A stretch of DNA of 64,000 nucleotides. Origin: Lama glama (taxonomy: Eukaryota). The stretch's first letter is position 1. Each line of letters opens with the position of its first letter. The position numbers and the translations under genes are program-made. Shown here in pieces: positions 11,831-22,980 of the stretch. The notes under the pieces are model-generated. The model was not told where the DNA came from. It saw only the letters and a program-made list of their open reading frames with translations, and did no database searches. The DNA lies in the NCBI GenBank assembly GCA_028534125.1, contig CM052817.1, forward strand, positions 66,342,001 through 66,406,000, in the 5' to 3' direction.

Positions 11831-13605
11831 GAGCAATAGTAAGAGCTCTCTTAGGAAGCTCTTTCCATTGAGGAAGTTGTCCACAGTAGTAGCCAGGCTA
11901 TCTTGATGATCAGTATCTTAATAGCTCAGGTCAGGTCAGTATCTTCAAGGTCAGCAGGAAACCAGTTCCGCCTGAGCAGAGGAGTTGCAACTTTCAGGAA
12001 ACACTGTGGCCATCCTGTTTGAGGTTCTGATGGGCTTCCCTGAGTGACAGTGGTAGCAGCGCTTCAGGAGCTGAACAGTTACTGTTCGGTCAGTGTCGGG
12101 GGGCAGAGCAGTGGTAGCTGCAGGAAGCAAGCACTGGTGCAGGCTCCACAGCATTGTGCGTCATTCAACAGGAAGGTGGTGGGTGAGCACTGTAAAAAGC
12201 AGGACTAGAAGCATGCGCTGGGTGTGCTTTGTGCTGTGCAGTTGGTAGCCCCAGTACTAGAGGAGCCTTGTGTTTGGATATATCAGCATAGATAGTTTTA
12301 GAGTCAGTGGGAACAGACACTGTGGCAGCGTGATCATTTGTAATACTAAGAAGTAGTTTAGGCATCTAGGATCTGCAGCATTGATTGCCTTAGGGAAGGA
12401 ATATTGCAGCAGAAACGCAGTAAAATGTCAAAAGGTCTATTCCCCCAAGAGAACTCAGGGAACAGAGAATGTTTGATGAGTCAGAACAAATCTTCCAGCT
12501 CCGGGAGGCTTCAGGTTTGGGGGGTGAGGAGAAGAGCCAAAGGCAAAGCGAGAAGGGTAGTTGATGTGGGTGTCTGAGATTCAGGAGACCTGTTTCCTGC
12601 TCCACGTAAGTTGAGGTGCAGCAGTGATGGTCAAACCGTAGAGGAATCTGGGGGGATGTGATAGCAGAAGGTATTTGAGCCTCTTCTGCAGGGTAGACCC
12701 AAGGAGAAGACAAAACCCCTGAGAGGAAATAAAGCCCTGTGTGGTTTGTCTAGGCAGATGCGTGTGCCACAGTCTTCAGTTGTCTGTATTGCAGCGTGGA
12801 GCGGGAGTGGAATGACCGTCAGAACTTCAAGGGAGATAGCAGATACAGAACTGGTGGGGGGTGGTCTGTGAGGAGAGCCCCGTTACGCTCTAGTGAGCCC
12901 CACTGGGCCCTTTGGATTGGGATGAGGAAGAATGCAGCTGTGACCTGTGTGAGATGACCGCCGAAGTACCTTTTGGATCTCAGAAAGTGATAACTAATGG
13001 TCTGATTTCCCCACTCCTTAGAGCACAGAGGCAACTCTGCTAAAAATGGAATTGTATGAGGCTGGGATGAATGTCAGGGACTAGTTGAACTAGACATTGA
13101 ATTTCTTGAACAGTTCAGGTTTTGAGTTGAGACTTGTATTTTTGATGCATTTGTAGAGCCCAACTTCATTTTAATCCTCAGGGTTAAAATATATGTAAGT
13201 AAAGAATTAATTTTTCCCAGTTGTTTACATCCACTCCATTGAAGCCCCCCCCCCAAAATATTGGGTGGATACTTTAGACAAAAGATTTCTTAGATTATAA
13301 CTTAGGCTCTTGATTTTTTTTTCCTGAAGTGAAAAATGAGAGTAGGGGTGGTGGGAAGAAACTGTTTTCTTCCCTCCCTTCTTTTCAAGGACCTCAGATG
13401 CAAGGAGTGAGATTGACCTTCTTCAGTTGTGATGCACTGACATCATCGGTCCATAAACAGCCTTTCTAAATCTTAGGTATATTTTGTAGACAATATAATG
13501 AACAACTGGGAGCCCACTGCCCAGACTCAAGATCTGGAATATGAAGTATGTGATGATCTGAAGTATGTGATGAATGAAGGATCTGAAGTATATAATGTGA
13601 TGATG

Positions 13606-13630
13606 TTTTTTTTTTTTTTTTTTTTTTTTT
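13606..13630. repeat. Poly(T) tract (~25 nt) preceded by degenerate TGAAGTATGTGATGA duplications
   Basis: Directly visible; duplicated motif at ~13540-13605. Confidence 0.85.
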
Positions 13631-14654
13631 GCTTTGGATAGGGAAAGTTTAATATAAAGAATGTTAACTGCCCTGGGGGCTGGGAGCTGGAGAGGCTGTG
13701 AGAGCAGCTGGACATGTTGCAGTGACTGCAGCAGGCCACCAGGGGAGCACACGGCAAGTGGGAAGCAGAACCCTGTTCATCCTGCCATTTCTTCCCAATC
13801 CCCTCTCTACTGATAAAGCTTAAAATCATGCAAGTTGGCAAAGGAAGGAAAATATTTTAAAAATCCAGGTCCATTTTTCACAGAGCAGGCAAATGGGTGA
13901 GTTTGACGCTGAGAAACAGTGAAGTGAAGTGATGACCAGCACAGTGCCTTTCCTTTGCAGAGCTATCCAGCATTGACCTATTAAAGTACTCTATTAAAGA
14001 CAGAGGTGCAGGAAGCACATGGGTAGGGGAAGATGGAGATGCTAGTGAGGGGGAGTGGAATGAGGGCACACAATGGACCAAATTAGGGAGGAGCTGGGTG
14101 AGTAGGAATAAGAGTGAGGGAGTGAGGACAGCAAATGAGGACATTTGTCCTGGACATGCCCTCCTGTTTGGTAAAGTGGGAGTCAAATCATCTGCTGTGG
14201 GCGGGGCTGTTGAGAGGTAGACTGGGGAAGCAGGATGGGGACCTAGGGAAAGCAGAAGGGTTGCAACAGCCACATGGGAGGCTGTGTTATGAAATCAATG
14301 AGGAAACAAGATTTGCCAAGAAGCAGCAGTGAAATCTTAGTTGATGTTAGATAACATGAATTTGTAATATGCCAAGGTAGTTGTTTGTCTCTTTATTTCC
14401 TTAATTAAATTTTGCTTTTATCTAATGGTAGTTATTTAACTGGTTTGCCACATGAGGAAAAGATTGGTCATTTTTTGTCTTTAATAAATATACTTTTTTA
14501 TTCTGTAAGAACTTTAAAACAAAATTGCATTTTAATTCACTGCAAGAGCATAAAATAATGAGCCTTTGGAGCTTTTCATATAGGTATATTGGCTTTTGTG
14601 TGTAACAGGTTTATATAGATCACTTTCATCTTTTAAATATTTGGCATGCCATCT

Positions 14655-14800
14655 AGGAAAGGAAGAAGGGAGGGAGGGAAGAAAGGAAAGAAGGAGGGAA
14701 GGAAGGAAGGAGGAAAGGAAAGGAGGAAGGGGAGGGAGGGAGAAGAAAAGGAAGATTAGTGAGGGAAAGGAAGGGAAAGAAAAGAACGGGAAAGATGGAG
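14655..14800 (+). repeat. Polypurine (GGAA/GGGA)n low-complexity tract
   Basis: ~145 nt almost pure purine; explains the three low-complexity ORFs at 14532-14898. Confidence 0.9.
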
Positions 14801-17800
14801 AACTCACATGGTCCAGGGATTTGGGGCGTCCTCCTCTCACCTTTTCTCTTACACATATGAATATTCATTCACAGTTTAAATGGTTGAAGAATTCTTAAGT
14901 GAAAAAGGTCTTTAATTTTATACTGCCCTACACTGGTTACAGGTTAAACCTGTAGGGAAATACTGACCAGAAATACTATATGTAATTCAAAAGCAAGGGC
15001 AGGACATTTGGAATTGGATGGACTGAAACTGGCCCATAATAGGCTTTCAGTAAATAACTATTATTAATAATTTTTGGCAGTTTTTCAAGCCCTCTCAGCT
15101 GAGGCCAGTTCTGGTATAGTAGAAGTGGAGGCAAAGGGGAGGAATAGGAATTGGGTGTTGTATACTTAGTGGTCTGGGCACCACTCTGTGACTACTATGA
15201 CATATCAGGGGTAGGCTGGTCCCTTTTACCTTATGAGGGATAGGTACATGCACAGGCTAGAGCTGTGGGAAGAGAAAGATGGGTGGATGCGCAGGTCAAT
15301 GCGAGGCAAAATGATGACAAAAATAATTTATTATTGATAGAATTTTGTCGTAACAAAGCATCTGTGTCAAAAAAAGAAAAAAGAAAGGAGAAAATCTTGT
15401 TATCTTTAACAACCCTTCTATTTATGCCTTCACCCCTTCATCCGCACAGAATCCACACACCCTTGCCTTTCAGTTCTTCAGTTTCTGACCAAACTAATGG
15501 CAACTAAGATTCTCAGATCATAGCAGGATATGAACAGGGAACACTGTGGCTTGGGGACTGCTTTCCTCCCTCACCTTGCCCAGCACATAACTTTTATTTT
15601 GTTTCTAGGGCCTGATTTAGGAAAATTTGACTTATCTTCACCCATAATTTTAAGGATGAAGGAAGAGAGCTTCATGCGATTTTGCAGCCTTCCTCCTTGA
15701 ATCGTGTTTTCTTTAGACAAATAAGAAGGTGACCTAGAAGGCTGGCTCTTAACCTTAGAGTTCAGTATGCCCTAATTCTCTACACCTGCCCCTCCTGTGC
15801 TCACTTCACAGTCCTGCCAAGTCCTGTGTCTTTGTGCAGTTTGCTTTCATTTGAAGGCAAAATAGATACTGCAGCTCGGTCTCTAGCGGCTCATGACTCC
15901 CCAGGGGAGGCCTTAGTCCTGGGAAGTCCATCACTGTCATTTGGTTTCTAAAAGTTGAGGGAAGCTTGACAGGGAAGGGTACAAGTCTCTAGGAACTTTA
16001 CTGCAAAAACAACTCAGTTTCTTACTAGAGACTTCTTTTGTGCCAAGAAGTCTGAAGAACACCTTGTGAGCACACACTGATGTCTAGTATGTAAATCAGT
16101 GATATCTAGTAAGCTCTCAAAGGGCTGTTAGCTTCTCTCCAGTCCACTAAAAGATGCTTTATTCTTGCACTGGGCACAAGTGATGATGTTCCTTGGAAAT
16201 TTTCCAGGTAAACTTGTTTGGAATTGTGGGAAAGGCTTTCACAGCATTAATAAGACCTCCCATTAATTCTAAGAAAGACATGTTTCCCAGTTGCCTCTCA
16301 CTTGGCTCATCTCAAGAACATTTTTTGTCCTGGAAAGTGTATCTAATTGAAGCCATGTCTCGAAATAGCAGCATATAAAAATGCTTATGATATAGTAAGT
16401 GAAAGAAAAAGTAAAATTCAAAAAAGTAAAAATACGCTATGGTTACAGATTACAGTTTTCCATGCATAAAGATTAATAGGATTAGAAGAGACATGACAAG
16501 TTCTCTGGGATGCTGAAGATTCTCAACAAACACTGATGAATGAACTATTAATACACATTAAAAAAGAGAAACAATGGTTAGAGTGGTGAGACTGTTGAAA
16601 AATTATTCAATTTTCTTTTGAATATTATATTTATAAAATAAGTTATCGAAAATCAGCTGGATGACATTGTTATTAAAATCCTCCATCTTCTTTATAACTT
16701 CACTCTTTTCCCCACCTGAGCTGTTTATATCCTTCTTATGGCCAATGTCCAGTGATAGAAAAGCAGATCCAAGCACTGAGAGTTGTTCAACTGATGGACA
16801 GATATCACTTATATGTCACTGCATTCTCAAATTTAATATCGTCTAATAGGATGGCCTAATTTAGGGACTATGTGATGTGTTTCCAAAGAATTTTGGTCCC
16901 CCAGATACCTGTAATTTAATACTGATGCTTACATTTTATCGATGTGTTCCATTATTTAAAGCTTGGTCACAAATGAATGCAAATGCCTGGGGAAATAAAA
17001 CTTCAAGAATTCTTGGTCATTCGTACTTTAGCGTTAATCATGTAGGTAAAGGAGAGAGAGAGTATGAGGATTCTGGAGAGGAGTGGGTTTAGGAGAGGAC
17101 ATACTGAAGAGATAAAATGGCAAAGAAAGGAGAGAATAGGAGGCTAATACTGCTTGCCAGATTCTTCCCAGAGTCACTCCACTGTGGCTGAGTTGCAGCA
17201 GGGACCATGGAAGGTGCTGCCACCATGTTCAGTTGGTGAGAATGTGGTCGGAGATACATGGTTTGGATGCAGCTGGGCTTGGGGGTGAAGATAGTCATGT
17301 CCAGACTGCCTCTGGCCTGTGGGAGCCCTGAGCCGGCAGTGAGTCTGTGGAGGGATTAGGACTTCACTTTTCAGGGGGGATTTGCAGCCATAATGTAGAG
17401 CGGGGATTGCAGGACGTTTAACAATTGTTCAGAGAGCACTAGGAGAATATTAAGATCACATTTCAGAGCTTTTAATACTGTTTTCTGCTATAGATTATGA
17501 ATCTATAAATTCCAACCCTTCATTCTCAATAACAAAAGAAATATCTGATATCAGTTACAAGATTTTGACTGTGTATTAATGCCCAGTCTCAGAGCAGTCC
17601 AAATTGCCTTCTTCTGGTAGTTGTTACTCTGTACTTTCTTTTAAATGATGAAGATTTTATTAAACAGAAACAATGTGTGGGCTTGACTTGTGAGTTTATA
17701 CTTACCTGCTCCTCTAATTATTTAACCTTGTTTAAAGTAATAAAAAATGAAACACAGACAGAACTCACACATCAGGGAGCCTGTGATAGTTGTGTTCTTT

Positions 17801-18799
17801 GGTTTAAAGAAAGTGAGTGCGTGTGTGTGTGTGCACGCATGCGTGAGAGACAGAGTGGGTGCACACACATGCACGCATAAGTGTGGCTACTAGGGTGAGA
17901 AAACAAAACAGGCAGAATATGGAGTAACATTTTTAAGTGTTTACCCTATGCCAGACATTGTAAGGTATATACCATTATTTTCTTATTTCCTAGCTTATTA
18001 AACCAAACAGTTAAGTCACGTGGTCATGGGTTTTTTAAAAAACTGTAGAAATGGAGAGATTTAAATAAGAGCTATTAGTAGGGGAAGGGAGCAGCAGTTC
18101 TGTCATTTCCTGTCCTTTTCAGAGCGGTGTTTAAGCATGCTAAAATGAAAGCAGACAGACTTTCTGGTAGCTATAACCCTTCCCATGGTTAGTACTGGAA
18201 AATTAGGTGAGTTATACATGAATTTTGAGTTGCAGTTGACTTCTTTACCCATTTTATTTAAATCTCACTGACATAGTTTGATGGTTGTTTATTTCCTTTA
18301 TAGTTGATGGTATTGTTATGACATGACATTGAAATCCATTCCAGCTGAAGATGTTGTTTATTATCATAGTATTTGTAATAGAAGTAACACAGAAAGGGTC
18401 TGAAATCAGTGACATATTGCTTTTACAGGCAAAAGAGCTCCTTATATTGATGTAGAGCTACATTTAAAAATTACATCCCCAGATTTTTTTTCCAGGTCTA
18501 AAAATGGGGCATTCAGTGAATAACTTTTGCTGTTCATTATTAAACAAGCAAGTACATAATCAGTTTGATTCCTTTTCACGTACACAACACATAGCAAACA
18601 CACAGACACTACACACACACACACACGTATATCTCTTCAAAAATATTGAGCGCTTATTGCTGAGTGGTGAATTGATTTTTGTTCCTTTTTGATTGACTTT
18701 TAAAACTGTCCACAAACACACGAGAAAACAGGACCCATCTGCAATAAGAAAACTTGTAGAAGTCAATTAACCAATATTTATCACACTGGTATCAGTTAA

Positions 18800-19200
18800 G
18801 TGGTATTGTACTAGCATCTTTGGAGACGATACAGTCATGTATTAGGGAGACTCCTGCCCTCTGGAAATTATTTATTGTGAAGATAGGCACAAAAAATGAA
18901 CACAGTATGCTAGTGGTATGGATACTGATTTCTTAGTGAGAGAGCAATCCCTTAGAGTTCTGTTGTTCAGCAGGGATTGCAAAGAGAAAAAGATATCAGG
19001 CAGAATTAAAAGATAGGTCCAGTTCAAGGAGTCATGTGAATAGGAGACAAGAAATTCCTGTTGAATGTAATGGCTTCCATGAAAACCTAGAGGTAAGAAA
19101 GTACTCTATTTATTTGAAGCTCAGAGGTGGGATTAGTAAAGAGAAACGGTAAGATTGGTCGTAACTGTGGCAGCCCTTGAATGTCAGATTAATATCTGCC
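18800..19200 (-). mobile_element. L2 LINE fragment
   Basis: ctgccctctggaaatt...gtggcagcccttgaatgtcag antisense L2-like. Confidence 0.45.
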
Positions 19201-19545
19201 TAGACAAACCTCTTTAAGTCCTTCTAGCAAGCCCTTTTCAGAGGGCACAGAAACAAAATAAGGAAACCCCAAAGTCTCAGAAGTGGTATTCCAGGCTTCA
19301 CACCCCCATTTATTTTGAATTTTGTTCTTTGTCCTGTTTGCCATGCTTGTTTGATATTTGCATCTTGATTTCAAATTGTCTACTTTGTTTTCATCTATAA
19401 CTTCTTCAAGGTAGTATTTATTGAAACCACAATCTAGGCACCGCAGGTTAGAGGTGCCATGGCCTCAGGACTGTACCATACTGTGTGCTAGCCAAAGCCT
19501 CACTTTGTCCTGACATGCACTTGCCAGAGGAAGGAGATAAGAAAA

Positions 19546-20040
19546 TGTATTTGTTATTTTGCTATGTAACCAACAACACCAAGGCTTAGCAGCTGGAAGC
19601 AACAAATGTTTATTATGACATTCGTTCCTGGAGGTCAGGAATCTGGCAGGGCCTCTGCTGGGTGGTTGCAGCTCAGGTCTCTTTAAGCTGCAGGTGTTGG
19701 CTGCCATCTCTGAGCACTTTGACAAGCGCTGGAAGGTCTGTTTCTGCACTCCTTCAAGTGGCCATTGGCAGTTTCTTGCTATATGAACCTCTTTCTCAGG
19801 TTGCTCAAAACCTGACTTCCCCCAAAGCAAACGATCCAAGAGTGAGAGGAAAAAAAGCCACCAGGATGGAAGTTACAGTGTCTTTTACAACCTAATCTCA
19901 GAATTGACATATTATCACTTCTACATTTTTCTAGAGGGTCACATAGACTAACCTTGGTACAACATAGGGGGGAACTAGACAAGAGTGTGAGTACCAGCAG
20001 GTGAGGATCATTGGGGACCATCGTGGAGTCTGGCTATGCA
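19546..20040 (-). mobile_element. MaLR solo LTR (MLT1F-like)
   Basis: tgtatt...gctatgtaac...aggtcaggaatctggcagg...gtgtgagtaccagcaggtgaggatcattggggaccatc, a typical antisense MLT1 LTR. Confidence 0.75.
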
Positions 20041-21949
20041 TGGATGGTTAGGTAATTTTTCTGAATCATGTTATGATATAAACAAATCATTTATAAAGAC
20101 GAATGTACAGTCACATGTACTATATTTCTGCATTTAACATGGTGAAGAGGGGGTCTTTAAAAATGGACCTGGTCTATTTGGCATTGTTTGGTTACACTGA
20201 GAGACACATAATGCCTAGAATACCCATTTCCAGAAGAATGGCATGATGCTCTATGCAGAAATGCCAGCTGTGAGCAGGGCCTACATTGTGATGCCTGTGT
20301 GAGCAGAGAGCTCTGCACTGCCCACTGAGGTCAGGCATCCCTCCTGGGGAACATGGAGAGGGAGAAGTGTGGGGGTCCAGACTCTCAGCTGCTGTGCGAC
20401 ACTAAGGCACACTTTCTAGCCATCTGGTAAGTTGAACAAAAAGGTTTTAATAACGGTGAGTAAAGTGAGAAACCATAGGACAGTTTGAGAAAAGCTTGGA
20501 AGGTCTTAAAAATATGTCATCATGAATACAAGAACTCATGTACAACTTCTTTCCAGTTTCTTAAATTATCATGAAATATGCCAGATCAGAAAAAGAAACT
20601 CATATATAAGGAGTTGAGTTCATTGGGGTAGATAAAAACATTTTAATTCTCTAACTACTTGGGACGTCTGCCCTCTCTGTGCACTTAATGGCCTTGGAGG
20701 CTGAGGATTGGTCCCTACAGAGTTTTGGCAATACAATAATGCATCCTGGAGGACTGATGGGAGTGATTAGACTGCCCTAGTTATTCTTTTGGCTCATAAG
20801 TTTGATCATGGAAGTGGAAGCTGAAAATGGAAGAAATAGAAAGTTGAGGCTCAGGAAGATTCAAGTAAGGTAACATTTGATTTTCAAAATTTTAAAGCAA
20901 AAAGGGACTACTAATAGTTTATATGCAAAAAATAAAATTAGTAGATTATAAGTAACCAAGTTATTTCTAGTGTTTTTTGAAAGCCTAGAATCCACTTGCA
21001 TAAGTAATATATATATTTGAATATAATAATATAATTCCCATAACAATTTGCCATAACAATTTCTACCACGTATTAGTAACCTAGAATTCTGTGATCAGAT
21101 TGAGTCACCACAGGGCCAAATTTTTCTTTAATATTTGTAAAAATATCATTCATGGTCCTATTCCATACCTCACTGGAAGGCCAATATCGTTTCTAGAGAT
21201 TTCTGGAAATTTCCAGGGATGTATGCATCCCAATTCAATTCCCAGTTCCCACTTCAACCTGATTAGCATGTCCTTCTGCAACTAGGTTGATTCCTCTTGA
21301 CGCTGTCCTTCTTGATGCTGCCTCCCTCCCCTCCCCTACCCCACACTCAACCTTTTGTTGTATTTTCTTCTTCAAGACAGTTCAAGGAAGACTTCTTTTA
21401 TACTCAAAGCCACTACCAAGGTATTTTTCTAAACAAAAGGCCGTGTCTTCTCATATGAAATATAGCATTCCCTAGTATGCCGAAATCCAACACAATCTAT
21501 TCTTACACTTCAGAGGAAATTTTCTTTATTCTCAAATGTAATACAAAATGCAAAATTATAAGCAAAATATTAAGATAAACGTATGATTATTGCTCTATTA
21601 TTTCTGACGCTGATACTTCAATGTTGTTATTTTATTAATGACAATGTATTTAAATTACTCAAGTTCATTGGAAGTATAACACTTAAAACGTTGAACTTGG
21701 TTTGTTGCTAAGAATAAGCCTTTCTAACAATTGACAACTCATGTAATTTCAGGTACCTAACAGCTTATTCTTATTTTGAGTAATCATGCATTATTATTTT
21801 AAATACAGCATAAGTCGTTCAAAAGGAGGTAATTGGCAGTGAAATGTCATAGTACAGCTTTTTATTATTTGTTATAATAATTCTTTTAAAAATGCAGTCA
21901 CCTGCTAATGTATAACATTTATTCAGTACATTTCCTTTTCAAAATACTT

Positions 21950-22130
21950 CACCCATATGAATTATTTCCATAAGCACCTCAGTGAAACAGATAAATATTA
22001 TCCTCTTTTCCAGATGGGGGTATGAGGCAGAGATAGACTGTCTAACATCATACAAAGAGAAAATTAGGGTAAAGATGTAAGCAAGACTTTCTACTGTCTT
22101 CTCACCTTGCTTATTATAATATCTATGTAG
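21950..22130 (-). mobile_element. MIR SINE fragment
   Basis: tattatcctcttttccagatgggggtatgaggcagaga antisense MIR core. Confidence 0.55.
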
Positions 22131-22669
22131 TTTTCTTTCTAAATAAAAGTGAGATTAGAGTTTTTCTCAGAGACAGTGACGTTGGCTTCGCTCTGTGGTC
22201 TCTCCTTGAATCTTTTTGGTGATACTGCTTATCCCTGACCTTCACTTTGCCTTTTTTTAATTAATCTGGAAGAAAGTGACAATTTTAGATTCTCATGTTA
22301 AGGTATCTGTGCAGATAAACATAAAAAAAGCAAAAGCCAAATTTACTTATATGTTAAAGCTTCCAAAATCATCGTGGGAAACTCCCCATGCATCAAGAGC
22401 TCATCAAACCAGATGAGCCGCAAACCAGGGAGCCTTAAGATCCAGTCTTCCATAGCCGGGCTTCTACAGAGTGTGTTTTGTGTCACTGAAAATCCTCTCT
22501 TTATTCAAATTTAGATAATTCTCCAACTATCAAAATTTAATTTTTATTGTGTAAGTAAGTGGCTTGAGTAAGAGGAAAAGTTATAATCATTTAATTCAGG
22601 TAACTAATAACTGATGATCATTTTGAACATTTGATACGTTTTTTAAAAATTTTAAGTTGGATCTCCTCA

Positions 22670-22980
22670 CTCTTCTCTTCAGAATCCTCTGATGACTTTC
22701 CATTCACCCAGGATAAAATGCATGCTTTGATCACAGCCTCTGAAGCCCTCCTACAGCTTTCCCCCTTCCTCCTTTGTTCCAGCCACACAGGCCTTCTTGC
22801 CCTTCCTTAGGAATGCGAGCACACCTCTTTCCCCATCCTGCTTGGGGCCTGTGCTCCTGTTCTCCCCTCTGCTGTGATTCTCCAGAGACTGCCTGGCTTC
22901 CGGGTTCTCTGAACTCTCCAAAGTGAGCCTGCTTTAAATATGTATTGAGCCTTGTTTCCTGACGAAGACTTGTAATAAAC
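22670..22980 (+). mobile_element. L2 LINE fragment
   Basis: tgttccagccacacaggccttcttgc...ggggcctgtgctcctgtttctccctctgc L2 motif. Confidence 0.6.

Noticed and set aside
12180..12460. Resemblance to mononegavirus L polymerase motifs (SLGG, PLxLGxxT, LTHxLP), i.e. an endogenous bornavirus-like element
   Set aside because: Motifs lie in different frames and their spacing is far shorter than in bornavirus L; most likely coincidence.
13545..13590. C/D-box snoRNA (GTGATGA...CTGA)
   Set aside because: Boxes only a few nt apart, no terminal stem; explained by local tandem duplication.
14532..14898. Three overlapping ORFs of 71-102 aa
   Set aside because: Artefacts of the polypurine repeat.
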